A stretch of DNA of 64,000 bases from Strigamia acuminata (lineage: Eukaryota). Below the pieces are notes generated by a model, which did no database searches, was not told the DNA's origin, and saw nothing but the letters and a program-made list of their open reading frames with translations. Each line of letters opens with the position of its first letter. The stretch's first letter is position 1. Shown piece by piece: positions 12,355 through 24,528 of this stretch. The stretch is taken from positions 32,612,001 to 32,676,000 of the forward strand of contig OX442314.1 in NCBI GenBank assembly GCA_949358305.1, given 5' to 3'. The translations under genes were made by a program, and so were the position numbers.

Positions 12355-12664
12355 AGTACTGGGACCGGGATTTGCGGTACGTCTCGCGGACCATGAGAAA
12401 ACGCGAGAACACTCCAGAATCTCGTGTTTTCTCGCTTTCTCCACTTCCCATTTAAAAAAACCATAAAAAACCATTAAAAAAACCGACTAAAAGTGAAAAA
12501 TAATATTAAAAACCATAATAACACTTTTCATCAGTTTTTTTTTTATGATTCTTTACTTTTTTTTAAAATAGGAAGTGGAAAACGCAAGAAAACACGAGAT
12601 TCTCGTGTTTTCTCGTGTTTTCTCGGGGACCGCGAGATGTACCGCAAGTTCGGTCCGCGGTACA
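12355..12664. repeat. ~105-bp-arm imperfect inverted repeat (MITE-like) next to the copia insertion site
   Basis: 12355-12460 matches the reverse complement of 12555-12664 (ggacc..gcggtac..gagaaaac..agaatctcgtgttttct..ccacttcc). Confidence 0.65.
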
Positions 12665-13443
12665 CGAATTTTTAAAAGTACCGGCTTCCGGTTTGTGTGC
12701 TCTAAGCGACCGCGTGGTTAGGTTAATGGTTTTAATGGTTTTAATCAAACATCTTGTTGCTGGAATTAAACCATACAACCATGTAAGCCATGTGTATGGA
12801 AGGTACCGGTAGGTGTTTTGATTTTTACAGGTAGATCGATCAACGATCGATACATGCCGAAGCGATGACAAAAACGCAGTGTATAAAATTAACCTCGGAA
12901 ATCGGAAAATGATAGGAAATAAACGACCCGACTGCCCGAATAACGTAATTCGAATATAAAGTAAATAAATTTCACTTATTACGATCTTTTATGCCGACGT
13001 AAAACTAAACTAAAAATTAATACGAATTTATTTTTAACAGACGAAACGAATCAATACGAACTAGCGGACAGGTCTTTCGCGATAAGGAGCGAACCCGCGA
13101 ACAGACCACAACTCAACAATTAAACAAGGTAGTTTGACTTTACATTTTTCTTAATACTGATTAACCAAACCAAAAACACTAATTTGTAGATGAAAAAACG
13201 CGCGTGGTCTACAGATCCATTTGCGAACCTACCGTAGTCGGATATGTGAGTTACACGTTAAAATTGATTATTTTTAGGGAAAGTTTTAATTTTTTGGGGG
13301 TTTTTATTGAATTTTTTGGGTTTATATTGAACATTTTGGGTTTACATTGAATTTTTTCATTAAAATTGAATTTCTGAAATTAAATAAAACCTCTTGCTTA
13401 AAACGAATAAACAAAAATGACAATTTACTCTCATTCCTTTTAG

Positions 13444-13882
13444 TTCAATTCGACGTCCCCGATTTATCCAGTTCCACAACAAACAAACTAACCGAAAACG
13501 AGCGCCGAACCAAAGACAAATTCGACCGTGCAACAGTCTAACAGGTTCTAGACGTGCGCACTAGAATGATCGTCTTCAAAATAGTTAATTCGCAATTTGA
13601 AGAAATCAACGGCTGCGTCGGCACGGGAAAAGAAGCAAACTTTCACCACGCACTCGGCAAAAACGACGAAGAATACGCAATCAAAGTCTACAAAACCTCC
13701 ATTTTGGTCTTCAACGACCGAGATCGATACGTGACCGGCGAATTTCGGCTCCGACACGATTACAACCGGAAAAACAACGGGAAAATGGTGCAAACCTGGG
13801 CCGAATAGAGATGAGAAATTTAATGAGAATGCACAACAATGGCCTCAACTCTCAAAACCGTTGTTGCTAAGAAGTCACGCGT
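13444..13882 (+). pseudogene. RIOK1: RIO1 kinase fragment with stops and frameshifts
   Basis: [88 protein letters not shown]; preceded by a splice acceptor (ttttag). Confidence 0.9.
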
Positions 13883-13974
13883 GAAAAAACTCGTTCTTTT
13901 TGTAAAATATTGTTATTTTTTGAAAAATAAAATTTTTTAAAATTTTAATATTTTGTTTTTTTTATACAAAAAAA

Positions 13975-14550
13975 GTACATAGAACTATAAGTCGATTTTA
14001 ATATCAAATCTACTTCAAATTGATGTAGAATCGATCTACAGCTCTATGTCGATGCTATGTTAAAATCGCGACCGGGCGACGCTAATTCCATGTCAATGCT
14101 ATGTTGTTTCGGCATAGTTTCATCCTTATTCTACGTTAAATAGACGTAGAATTTGACGTTGAGTTTGACGTAGAATTCTATGCAGAGTTTGACGTAGAAT
14201 TCTACATAGATTTAACATAAAATAAGGATGAAACTATGCCGAAACAGCGTAGCATTGACATGGAATTAGCGCATTTTGGTCACGATTTTGACATTGAATC
14301 TACATAAAGCGGTAGATCGATTCTATGTTGAATCGACATAGAACTCTACGTAGAATTCGACGTCGATTTGACGTTGTATTGATGTAGCATCGATCTACAG
14401 CTCTATGTAGATGCTATGTCAAAATCGTGACAGAAATGCGCTTATTCCATGTCAATGCTATGTAGTTTCGGCATAGTTTCTACCTTATTCTATGTTAAAT
14501 CTATGTACCAAGATAGACGGTTTGCATAGATTCTATCTAGATTTAACATA
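13975..14550. repeat. Right subterminal repeats of the 2097-14565 element
   Basis: Direct and inverted copies of tcgatctacagctctatgt.gatgctatgt / ccatgtcaatgctatgt..tttcggcatagttt. Confidence 0.75.
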
Positions 14551-14565
14551 GTTTTGTTACTTGGG

Positions 14566-14977
14566 TACACCTCGTATACGAACGAAGTTTGTGAAAACAC
14601 AATTTCCAAATAAGACGTATGTGACTACTATGTGTTTTCATGTCGTAGTAAGTATCCGGTGGATTTTCCAAACTTCGTTCGTATACGAGGTGTATACACG
14701 TCGTATACAACTTGTATACGACTTGTAAACGATTCGTTTACGATTACGATCAAAATACGAGCTCGTATACAACGCGTATACGAGCGAGTGGAAATCATCG
14801 ACCATCTCGAATGCGACTCGAATACGATTCGAATACATCTCGAATACATCTCGAATACGAGTCGTACGAGTCAAAGTCCGGGAACGGGTCATCGTATTCG
14901 AGTTGTTACGAGTTCGTATTTTGATCGTATTCGTATTCGAATCGAATTCGAATCGTATTCGAATCGAATACGAATCG
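14566..14977 (+). repeat. Continuation of the 542-bp array
   Basis: Resumes exactly where the unit broke at 2096. Confidence 0.95.
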
Positions 14978-15515
14978 AACTCGTACTCGACTCGAAAACG
15001 AGTCGAATACGATTTCGCGTTGAAGAAGGGCAAAACTCGTACTCGACTCGAAAACGAGTCGAATACGATTTCGCGTTGAAGAAGGACAAAATTCGCATTC
15101 GACTCGAAAACGAGTCGAATACGAATTCGCGTTGAAGAAGGGCAAAATTCGCATTCGACTCGAAAACGAGTCGAATACGATTTCGCGTTGAAGAAGGGCA
15201 AAACTCGTACTCGACTCGAAAACGAGTCGAATACGATTTCGCGTTGAAGAAGGGCAAAATTCGCATTCGACTCGAAAACGAGTCGAATACGATTTCGCGT
15301 TGAAGAAGGGCAAAACTCGTACTCGACTAGAAAACGAGTCGAATACGATTTCTCGTTGAAGAAGGGCAAAACTCGTACTCGACTAGAAAACGAGTCGAAT
15401 ACGATTTCGCGTTGAAGAAGGGCAAAATTCGCATTCGACTCGAAAACGAGTCGAATACGATTTCGCGTTGAAGAAGGGCAAAATTCGTACTCGACTAGAA
15501 AGCGAGTCGAATACG
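14978..15515 (-). repeat. 56-bp CpG-rich array, inverted relative to 1-740
   Basis: Repeats of tcgactcgaaaacgagtcgaatacgatttcgcgttgaagaagggcaaaa. Confidence 0.95.
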
Positions 15516-16407
15516 AGATCATTTTTTGATCTGGGTCGTGAATGCGTCCGTATGTCACGCGAACGCGTGTTGGAGTCGATTCCGAGTTCGTATTCCATCT
15601 TGAACGCGCATTGGAGACGTAAACCAGTTTATTTTACCCACTCTCGCTCGATCCCGCTTCATCGCTCCTTGTCGCTCCTGTGAAAAAAAATACATGAGAA
15701 TGTGCAGAAATGAACCTTCCAATACTCACATGAAAATTGACAACCTTGACACAAAACAGTCTATTGACACTCCCAACACCACCCCGGACATTTTCCGGAA
15801 GAGTTTGGTCCACCCGGAATCCCCAGAATAGTCGCCCCCGAAATGCGGATTTCGCGGAAGCCAATCCGCGGAAAGGTTATGTTACCTGTGGTTGTTGCTC
15901 CGGCTCATCCCAATCTTCTTCCTCCGCCTCGATGACCAATCCTTCGCTCTCGTCTCTGGAGGACGAGGCGTCGGGGTCAATTCTCGGGTTGCGTCGATCG
16001 GCCATAAAGAAAAACTCAGATTGCTCAACTTGAAAGAAAGACGTTTTCTCTACTTTCACGGTGAACGAGAGAGAACGCGTGCTTTTGCTTTCAAGAAAAC
16101 AAACGGAAGTGGAACCGACCGGCGCAGAGGATTATTAGTCACGGACGCGTCTCGTACGGTACGAGACTTGTCCGTGCGAGCGTAGAGCTACGGGGCCGAC
16201 GCATGCGATCGAGCCGTGCGCATGTTACGCTACGGGGTTTCGACCGATACGTCATGCAATCTCGCTTTTCGATATTGACGGTGATAACTGACGACGAAGT
16301 TCGGACTTAGCCGAATTTTATGTCTCGACATGCGTTGCAGCTCTCGTAAGTGAATTTCTTCAACTTTACGACGCCGCAATCACATATCTTGACCTTTTTA
16401 TTTCTTT

Positions 16408-19400
16408 CTAGTTTCTCCCGGTGATTTTTCCGTCTTGGATGAACGGATTCTTCGATTTTCGCGGTCGAAGGTTGCGTTTTTGCTCGCGAGTGGTATCGGC
16501 TCCCACTTGGTCGCTCATCTCCGATGTTGCGGTATTGTTTACTTCTTCTAATTTTGTTTTTTCTCTTTCAGAAGTATTTTCTTCTGCTTCCTCCCTCTCC
16601 GAGATTGTTTGCTCCGTTTGATCGGGAGCGTCGGCGGGTGGGGATTCGGCGTCAAAAAATTCGTCATCTTCGTCTGCTTCTTCGCTAATTTCGTTGTTAT
16701 TCTGGAATGTGTCGACCACTGTGCCACCTTGGCCGCTGTGCGTCTGACCTTCCAGCCATATTTCTTGGCGAAATTCTGGTAGATATGGTTTTAATTCCCG
16801 GCCGTTGATCGACTGGAAATTTTTATTATCTGTCAATCTGCGCAATTGGTAGGCGTTGCCGCCGTGTTCTGCCACAATTACATAGGGTCCGTCCCTTTTG
16901 TCGGCCAGACCCGCGGCAATGCCCCTCGCAGCATTCGATAATATGTGTGTTTCCTTCCACACCAGGTCGTTGACCTTGAAATTCGTGAATTCCAATTCTC
17001 CTTTTTCTGCGACTCTTTCCCGTAGGTCAAAGACGTGAGTCATTAGGTGCTGATATGTGTCGGAAATCGTCTGTTCCAAACGACATACGTACTCGTGTGG
17101 GTTAGCGGGGTCCAGCACATTCACTGCCTCCGCAACTCGTGGGTCCCACGGCATTCTTAGTTCGCGGGCGAAATTAAGAAACGCCGGTGAGAAGTCGCGT
17201 GTTCGTGATACGGTGGAGCGAATGCTGAACGCTATCTCACGTAGATACTCATCCCACCGATTGTGTACGTCGGTGAACACCGTCAAAGCGTATTTCACGT
17301 CTTTGTTTAGCCTTTCTACGGGGTTCGTTTGAGGATTATAAGTGGAGGTGTTTGAAATCTCCATCTATCTTGCAGAACTCCTTGTATATTTTGGACCTGA
17401 ATTGGGGCCCGTTGTCGGAAATGAGCTTCCGGGGGAACCCCAATCGCAACGCCACGTCGTAAAGACACTCGGCGATATTTTCCGCCGAGGGCTTCGCGAG
17501 GGCGTACAACTCGGGCCAACGGGTCGCTACGTCCATAATTACAAGTATATACATGTTGCGGTTGCTTGTTGTGGGCTTGGGGCCCATCAAGTCAACACTC
17601 CAACAGTCAAAGGGAGCATAGGGGCCGAGAGACATTGCGTTTCTGGCCACTTTGTCGCGAGGTCGACATGCTTGGCACCGGGAGCAGTGACGAATAAATT
17701 TCGTTATTTTCTGGCGGGCTCCGGGCCAAAAAAATATCTGCTTCACGCGGTACAATGTTCTTGCTATGCCGGCGTGGCTAGCGAGTGGGTGCCCGTGCAT
17801 CAGCCACAGCAATCGGGTGTGTAGCGAGACAGGCACCACCACTTTTATCGCGTTCCCCGCTCCGCTAAGGTCATCCTGAAACGTCGGGTGGTATTTCAGT
17901 AACAACCCGTCGTCTATCAGGTAGCTGGTGGCTTCCTTGGCAAATTGCTTCCTGCGATGAGGATTCGTCATGTCGACCGAATATTCCCCCTTTTCTAGGA
18001 ATCGAGTCATTATCTGACATTTGGCGTCGGTCGCCTGATGTTCGATGAACTCGAGTCTTGTTGGCGGCGCGTATTGCGTTTTCTTTTCTATTGTGGCTGT
18101 GAAGGCTCGCAGCAGAGTTTTTGGGGCCTCTGGGACGACCGGAGGTTTTGTTTCCGTGGTTGTGTCGGTTGTTCCAGCTGGCTGGTACGTCCGAGTCCAG
18201 AAACCACAAAAAGTTTTGTCAGCGGGCTCCATCACAGGCAATTCGTTCGCTTTACGTAGGCGCCAAATTCGTCTGGGTGTCGGACAATAGAGTAGACGCG
18301 AATCGTCCTCGCCGTCGTCGTCCGGACCATGGGGGTCGGACGCAGGGGCTCGCGATAAAGCGTCGGCTACCTGATTGAATTTTCCAGGGCGATATGTTAT
18401 TGTTATGTCGCACGCCATGAGTTCGAGTTGCCATCTGGCGAGTCTGCCGGAAGGTTCCTTTAACTTCATCAACCAACTTAATGCCTGATGATCGGTCTGC
18501 ACCTCGAAATTCGTATACTCTAGGTAGTCACGAAATTTCCGAACAGCCCATATTACGGCTAAGCACTCCAGTTCTGTAGCCGTGTAATTTTTCTCGGCTC
18601 CTTGTATTTTTCAACTTATGAACATACAGGGTACTTCTTGCTCCACTCCGTTGTACGTGTGTTTTTGCAAGAGGGCTGCTCCCAAGCCAACTCGGCTGGC
18701 GTCGGTATGCAGTACGAACGGTCGGTTTAGATCGGGTAACGGCATTTTGTCGACGTCGGCCAACATTTGCTTTATGGCGCTGAAGGCGGCCTCGCATTCG
18801 GCCGTCCATGCAAACTCGCGATCGGTTCGCAGGAGGTCCGTTACGGGCGCGGCTACTTCCGCCAAATTGGGGAGCAGTCGTCCGAAAAAGTTAATCATCC
18901 CCATGAATCTCTGGACTCCCTTTATATCTTCGGGTGCCGGGAATCCACTTATTGCTCGTACTTTTTCGGGATCAATGGCGATCCCTTCCACTCCGATACG
19001 ATAGCCTAGGAAGGCAAGTTCCTTTCTACAGAACTTGCTCTTTCCGGGATGGACATGGAGTCCAGCTTTGGCTAAACGAGAGACCACTCTGTCGATGTGT
19101 TCTACGTGCTCCTCGAAAGTATCTGACGCGATAATGATGTCGTCGAGGTACGCCCACACGAAGTCGTGTAGCATATCCCCGAGGACGCTCTCGATTAACT
19201 TTTGGAACGTGCTTGGTGCGTTCACTAGTCCGAATGGCATCACGTTGAACATCAGTCGCCCTATAGGCGAGTAAAACGCGGTCTTTAGTTTATCTTCGGG
19301 TCGGAGTTCGACCCTTTTGACAGGTCCATGGTGGTCACCCAATTAAATGGAGCCAGCTCTCTGAGAATCGCCTCGATGGAGGGCATCTGTATCGGATCTA

Positions 19401-20532
19401 TCACCGTTATCACATTTAGCGGGCGGTAGTCGATACATAAGCGAGGCTCGGAGCCGGGTCGCATCACTAGGACAATTCGCATCGCGTATTCGCCCAATGC
19501 TTCTGTCACGATGCCTTTGTCGAGCATGTCTTGACACATCTGGGTTACTATATCCCGTTTTTGGGGATTCATCCCTTTGTATGGCACGCGAATTGGTTTG
19601 TCCGTTGTTAGTACGATCTCGTGTACGGCTTCGGTCGTCCTTCCGGGCGTTTTGGTGAGGATCCTCTCGTGTTTGCGGAGTACTCGTCGTAATAACGATG
19701 CTTCGTTGACTTGTAGAGCGGCTTCCTCGACCAACGTGTCCACCATGTTGCTTTTTTGCAATTCCAGAGCGAAGGCTACGAAATCGTAGTCCTGTACGAA
19801 TTTTCGCAGTCCTCTCTCGTATTCCTCCTTATCTTGGGCCTCGTCTAGTAATTTTTGGGGTACTACTGGAACGGGCCTTTCACCTTCGGGGCTTATCCAA
19901 TTCCACGATCTCGTTATCGGATTTGGCTGTATTTTTAGTTTAGCCATGATGTCGATTCCGAGGAGGAACACCTTGTCGTGGGATGGCAACACTAAGAAGG
20001 GGTGGGATAGGTTCCCTCCCCTCCAATCGATGGTGATTTTTATCACGCCCCTTGGCTTTACATAGCCATTAGCCGTGAGTAATTCCACATTCTCATTCAC
20101 TTTCATCATTTTGTCTTCGATGTCTAGGCTCTCGACTAGATCTTCGGATATGAAAGAGCGATCCGCTCCGGAATCCAGTAGTCCCAGTAACTTTTGGTTT
20201 TCAATCGTCACCGGCAACATGCAGAGCGTCTCGCAATGTGACTTCGAGATATTGCAGTGAAATACTCGCAATTTTTGCGGTACGACGTCCAGGTCAAACG
20301 GGAGTTCGGCCCAATCGTCGTCTGTCTTGCTCTCCGTCCTCACTTGCATGCCTCTCAGTGTCACTTTTTCTTCCTTCTCTGGTGCGGACTGGGCTCGGTC
20401 CTTGATTTGGGCATCAAGTATGGCGTGACCGGCGGGTCCAGTATGGAATTTCTTTTTCTTTGTTATTTCCTCGGCTTTCGCAGACGAAGTCGATTCTATT
20501 TCTTCGACGACGCCTGCGCTTGGCAGTTTTTT
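16408..20532 (-). pseudogene. Gypsy pol (protease, RT, RNase H, integrase), disrupted
   Basis: LLDSGAD; RLCIDYRPLN; MPFGLVNAP; YLDD; HTDAS; H..GI..C..C; VDLMGP; SDNGPQF; GPY. Frameshifts near 19310 and 17365, in-frame TGA at 18611-18613. Confidence 0.9.
20479..20532 (-). promoter_or_regulatory. -1 programmed ribosomal frameshift signal (A_AAA_AAC, 7-nt spacer, stem-loop)
   Basis: gag reads GCA AAA AAC; the -1 frame is open into the protease; hairpin CGCAGGCG-UC-GUCGA..UCGAC-UU-CGUCUGCG at 20518-20479. Confidence 0.8.
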
Positions 20533-23500
20533 GCCAGAGCGATATTTAACTCGGCCATCATCTTCATCATAGTCTGTGTTTCACTAGTGATTTTGGCCGT
20601 TTTTTCGCATTTGTCGGAATAATGGCCGTATTCCCCACAGCTGTAGCATTTGATGTTGCTTTTGTCGCCCGTGGGTGTGAAACCCGGTTTTTTCAGGACG
20701 AATGCTGTTGGGAACCGTCTTTTTAGGCCCGGCGCCCCTTTTTCCTTGGTGGCTCGGGCGTGTGCTCTGAATTGGGTGATGGCTAGCGCTCGGTGCGCGT
20801 GATGAAGGTACGGGCCTTGGTCGTCGCACCCCGTCGATAAGTTTTCGAGGTGTTCGTGCAGGTCGTCTTCATCGGTTGATTCTTCTGCCGGCTCGGCGAC
20901 CGCCGCGGGAGGTGACGCTTCTTCTGCTTTTGCCGAGGTGGCTAAGTCAGTCGAGGTCACCTGCATCGCCGTAGTCGTCGGAGCTTTCTTTGGGGCAGCA
21001 ATCGGGTTGCTTGGGAGCGTTATACCGGTTTTTGGTGTTAACGTCCGTCCCGAAGACGCTTCAGTGAGGCTCATTATGCCGCTGAGGTATTCGCTCGGTC
21101 TCATTAATTTCTCGGACGCCTTGTGGCGTTCGGCGCTGGTTATTAATCGTTTTTCGTGGGCTTCCGCCTCTTCGGGTGGCAGCGAGGCGTAGTACCTTTG
21201 TTCTATCTCCAGCGTATTGGTCAGGAGATAATTACTGACATCCCGATAGTCGCCTGTGCGGGGAGCGCGCATGTCCAGCAATATTCGTTGTGAATGTGCC
21301 GACAATCCCCCATAGAAAATCATCGTAAACCCGGCAGGGTTAATTTCGTACGGTGCTCGGGCGAAGAGTAGTTTTGCTCGGGCGTCATAATCGGCGAGTG
21401 TTTCACCTGGGGCTTGGCGGAGGCCACGCAATTTATTGCTGATCTCGTCTGGCGTTTCGCCGTATCGAAGGTCGAAACGGACGAGAAAATCGTCCCAGGT
21501 CGGATTTTTTAGTCCTTGGTACCACTCGCGGGCTGATCCGGTGGTTAACTCCACTAGGCCGTGTGTAAGCATATCGGCGACGGTCGCCTTTGTAGCTTTC
21601 TTAATTCTCATGACTTCGTCGAGGAAGCGGTCTCCCGCTTTCCACGAACCGTCGAATCGCGTTTGTACGTAGTGTTGCCAGCGGATGTTGCCCGTGGCTT
21701 CGGCCGCTGGTTCGTTACGCACGCCATATTTGCGTTTGACCCTTTCACCGGCGCGGTTATGTTCATCTCCGGGGTGGCCTAAGTCGATTCCTTCCTTTCG
21801 GAAAGAGTTCAATAAGGCACGTCCCAGTTCAGCCATTGTATATTGTCGGCCGGCAGAGTCCTGGAAATTTCCCTCCTGTATGGAAGGGCGAGAGCTGTGC
21901 GAAGATCGGTTGGAGGCATTCGGTCGGTCCGAATGGTGCTGGTTGCTGCCGCGGCTCTCTCGGTGCGATCCGGATGACGGTCGACTTTGGTCGTCGTTGT
22001 CCGATGAATCAGAGGGGTCGGAAGGGTCGCCTTGTGGGTGGTCTCTTGGTCCCTTCGGGGGGACTTCTTCGCCATCCCGTGATTTCTTCGAGCCTCCGGA
22101 GGGCGGCGGCTCCTTTTCGTCGCTGCTCCCGTAAAAAGAATGCCATTTATTCTCTTCGCTTTCTGGGCGCTCGCGGTCCTTACTCGCGTTCTTTTTGTTA
22201 AGTAACGCGTCGATTGCGGCGCTTCTTTCGGATCGTTTCGAGGGGTTACGGTTTCTGGATTTTCTATCCGGTTGGTCGTCTCCCTGTGACTTCCTCTTTT
22301 TTGTTTCGGCGTTGGAACCGCTGGTGGGCTCTTTGTCCGCTTTCGGATCCTCCTTCTTATTCCTCTCCGAAACGTCCTGTTCGTACTCTCTTTGGAATTT
22401 CTCTGTTTCCTTTTCCCAATTTTCGGCTTCCCATCGTTTTTGTTCGTCTATTATCGCTTTTTTCTTAGCTTGGTACTCGTCGGTCCATCTGTACCGCTCC
22501 CATTCTTCTTGTTCTTCAAGAAATTGCTCCTTTTCTCTCCTTGCTCTTGCGGCTTTCATCCTTTCGTGGTATTGTTCTTCCCACTTCTGGTGTTGCCGCT
22601 GAGCTTCTTCTCTCAGTTTCTGCAATTTCTCGGCTTTTCGTTGGGCCAGGAGGGCTCGGAATTGTTCTTCGTAGTCTTGGGCTTCTCTGTGCCTTCCTTC
22701 TACTGTATCATTCCATTCCCTTCGTATTTTTGCTTCCTGCTCTTCCCTTATCTTCTGTACCATTTCTTCCGTTTCCTCCGTGGTCCTTTTTTCACGCTGT
22801 AGTCGTTCCTCTTCCTCGTTCCAAAGTTCTCTCCTCTCAGCGCTTACTCTACGCTGACGATTTATCGTTTCCTGCCTCGATTCTTCTCGGGCTTTCTCCC
22901 GAGATTCGTGAAGGGCTTTGTGAGGATCGGGCACGAAGTTACCTACGTCACTCGGCGTTTCTTGCGATACAGGCGTCTCCGCTGCTGGTCTTGCGACTGG
23001 CGTCGGGGCCTGTGCTGAGCAAATTGCTTTTGTGAGTATAGTAATCGAGTCCCAGACTGACGTTCCCGGCGGAATATCGGTTACTGCCTTCAGTCGGGCT
23101 GCTTGTTGCGATAGATGAATTAAATGGGCGACTTCGGGGGAAACAGGGGCAGGTCTCGCCGAGGCGCTGGAGGCCATCGGGGTCCTACCCGTATTTCTCG
23201 CCGGAGTTTCATTCAGGGGGGCAGATTGGTGACTTTTTGCCGGTGATGGGTTGCTGTCGATTGTAGTCGTCCGCCTCGGAGTTTCTGTTTTCTCCTCGGC
23301 TACCAGTATCGGCACTCGTCCTGTTGTTGTATCGCGAATTTCTTCTTGATTTTCTAGGACTTCCGTATCGGTATCTTCGACAAAGGGCATATCTGAGGAG
23401 AGCGGCTCTCGCTCGGGCTCGGTTAGGGCCTCGAGCGAAGCAGCTGCTTCCTCTTTCTGCGCCTTTGCTTTCCTCCGATTTGCTCGGGCTTTCGCCTTCG

Positions 23501-23615
23501 CGGATTGTTCGGGAACCGGGCCGCCCGACCTTAAGTTATAGTCGGAGGTCCGTTTTCCCTTTTCGAGCATAGGTCGCTCGTTATCAGACGCGGATTGTTC
23601 ATCTTGGTCTGACAT
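20496..23615 (-). CDS. Gypsy gag, 1039 aa, long charged/coiled-coil N-terminus
   Basis: Intact ORF after the PBS; capsid-like TGSAREWY..WDDFLVRF..LRQAPGETLADY; knuckle CYSCGEYGHYSDKC. Confidence 0.85.
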   Translation of the reverse strand: MSDQDEQSASDNERPMLEKGKRTSDYNLRSGGPVPEQSAKAKARANRRKAKAQKEEAAASLEALTEPEREPLSSDMPFVEDTDTEVLENQEEIRDTTTGRVPILVAEEKTETPRRTTTIDSNPSPAKSHQSAPLNETPARNTGRTPMASSASARPAPVSPEVAHLIHLSQQAARLKAVTDIPPGTSVWDSITILTKAICSAQAPTPVARPAAETPVSQETPSDVGNFVPDPHKALHESREKAREESRQETINRQRRVSAERRELWNEEEERLQREKRTTEETEEMVQKIREEQEAKIRREWNDTVEGRHREAQDYEEQFRALLAQRKAEKLQKLREEAQRQHQKWEEQYHERMKAARARREKEQFLEEQEEWERYRWTDEYQAKKKAIIDEQKRWEAENWEKETEKFQREYEQDVSERNKKEDPKADKEPTSGSNAETKKRKSQGDDQPDRKSRNRNPSKRSERSAAIDALLNKKNASKDRERPESEENKWHSFYGSSDEKEPPPSGGSKKSRDGEEVPPKGPRDHPQGDPSDPSDSSDNDDQSRPSSGSHRESRGSNQHHSDRPNASNRSSHSSRPSIQEGNFQDSAGRQYTMAELGRALLNSFRKEGIDLGHPGDEHNRAGERVKRKYGVRNEPAAEATGNIRWQHYVQTRFDGSWKAGDRFLDEVMRIKKATKATVADMLTHGLVELTTGSAREWYQGLKNPTWDDFLVRFDLRYGETPDEISNKLRGLRQAPGETLADYDARAKLLFARAPYEINPAGFTMIFYGGLSAHSQRILLDMRAPRTGDYRDVSNYLLTNTLEIEQRYYASLPPEEAEAHEKRLITSAERHKASEKLMRPSEYLSGIMSLTEASSGRTLTPKTGITLPSNPIAAPKKAPTTTAMQVTSTDLATSAKAEEASPPAAVAEPAEESTDEDDLHEHLENLSTGCDDQGPYLHHAHRALAITQFRAHARATKEKGAPGLKRRFPTAFVLKKPGFTPTGDKSNIKCYSCGEYGHYSDKCEKTAKITSETQTMMKMMAELNIALAKNCQAQASSKK

Positions 23616-23690
23616 TTCTTTGAGTAATTCTTCGATTTGGGTTATTATATTAAATGAGAGATCACAAGTTCAGTTGAGATTTATTTCTAA

Positions 23691-23708
23691 ATCCCGGACG
23701 GGCCCCCA
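23691..23708 (-). promoter_or_regulatory. PBS, tRNA-Pro
   Basis: TGGGGGCCCGTCCGGGAT, 17/18 identical to the canonical Pro PBS TGGGGGCTCGTCCGGGAT, 2 nt from the LTR. Confidence 0.85.
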
Positions 23709-23710
23709 CG

Positions 23711-24528
23711 TGTCGCGTCCTACCTGGTGATAGGTTTAAAGAGCTAACGTGTATTACTTTACCTGTGATTCTACTAAATATGTAAATTACCCAAATGAAT
23801 ACTAAGTATATGTAAATGAACAAACAGGTTTATTCAATAGGCGTAAGCCTTAAAATACACTCAGTATAAAACTAGAGTCGACTTGGTCAGAGTCGAACAA
23901 AGGATTTCTCAAGATGGCGTCGTCGGTTCCGCGTGGTCGGCGGAACAAAGGCGGCGTCTCGAGTTGTCGTTAATTCGTCACGGATTCGTCGTTCACGGAC
24001 GCGGTGGAATGCTCTTTCGAGTCTTCTATCCGTGCCTGTTGTCTAGGGGTTGGTTTTAGCGTCGCAAGGCTCCGTCCAGAAACGTGGAGTTTCTTACAGG
24101 GCACTCGGACACTTCGCAATGGAAATAATCGTGGGTCGATTATTCGGTGTGAATCCACAAGGGTTATTTTCCTGCTTTCGCGAGGAAATAACACACAGTG
24201 TAAATTCGTGAGAGTTACAGTTGCACTGGAATCAGCGGTCCTCGATCAATCCTAACTTTTGGTGGAGTTGGCCTGACGGTGAGGTAGTTGCTGTGTTCTT
24301 GGTGTCGTTTGTGTAAGTTCTGCTTGTAGGGCGCGAAACTCTACCTGATATAGGCCAGGGTGAGGGGCCTGGCTCGGCCAATGGGGGCCGTCCACGCATC
24401 ACCTCACCCCCTCGGGGCACGCGCTTCCCAGGGGGGGAAGGCGGAGCCAACGCGAGGGAACTGACCTTTCCCAGTGATTCATGCGGATGGCGTCCACTGG
24501 AGGGACGACCACCCGCAGGGTCACCACA
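23711..24528 (-). repeat. Gypsy 5' LTR (818 bp)
   Basis: tgtcgcgtcc...gggtcaccaca; homologous to 26664-27466. Confidence 0.9.

Larger units (their letters stand above)
15536..24528 (-). mobile_element. Ty3/gypsy LTR retrotransposon, decayed pol; 3' LTR not in window
   Basis: 5' LTR 23711-24528, tRNA-Pro PBS, gag, then PR-RT-RH-IN order; the 3' region abuts the CCCAG terminus at 15535. Confidence 0.9.

Noticed and set aside
14628..15683. ORFs up to 306 aa
   Set aside because: Same satellite artefact
15536..16407. Expected gypsy 3' LTR or env gene
   Set aside because: No match to the 23711-24528 LTR and no signal peptide or transmembrane ORF
20584..23572. Many antisense and overlapping ORFs in gag
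   Set aside because: Shadow frames of a purine-biased coding strand
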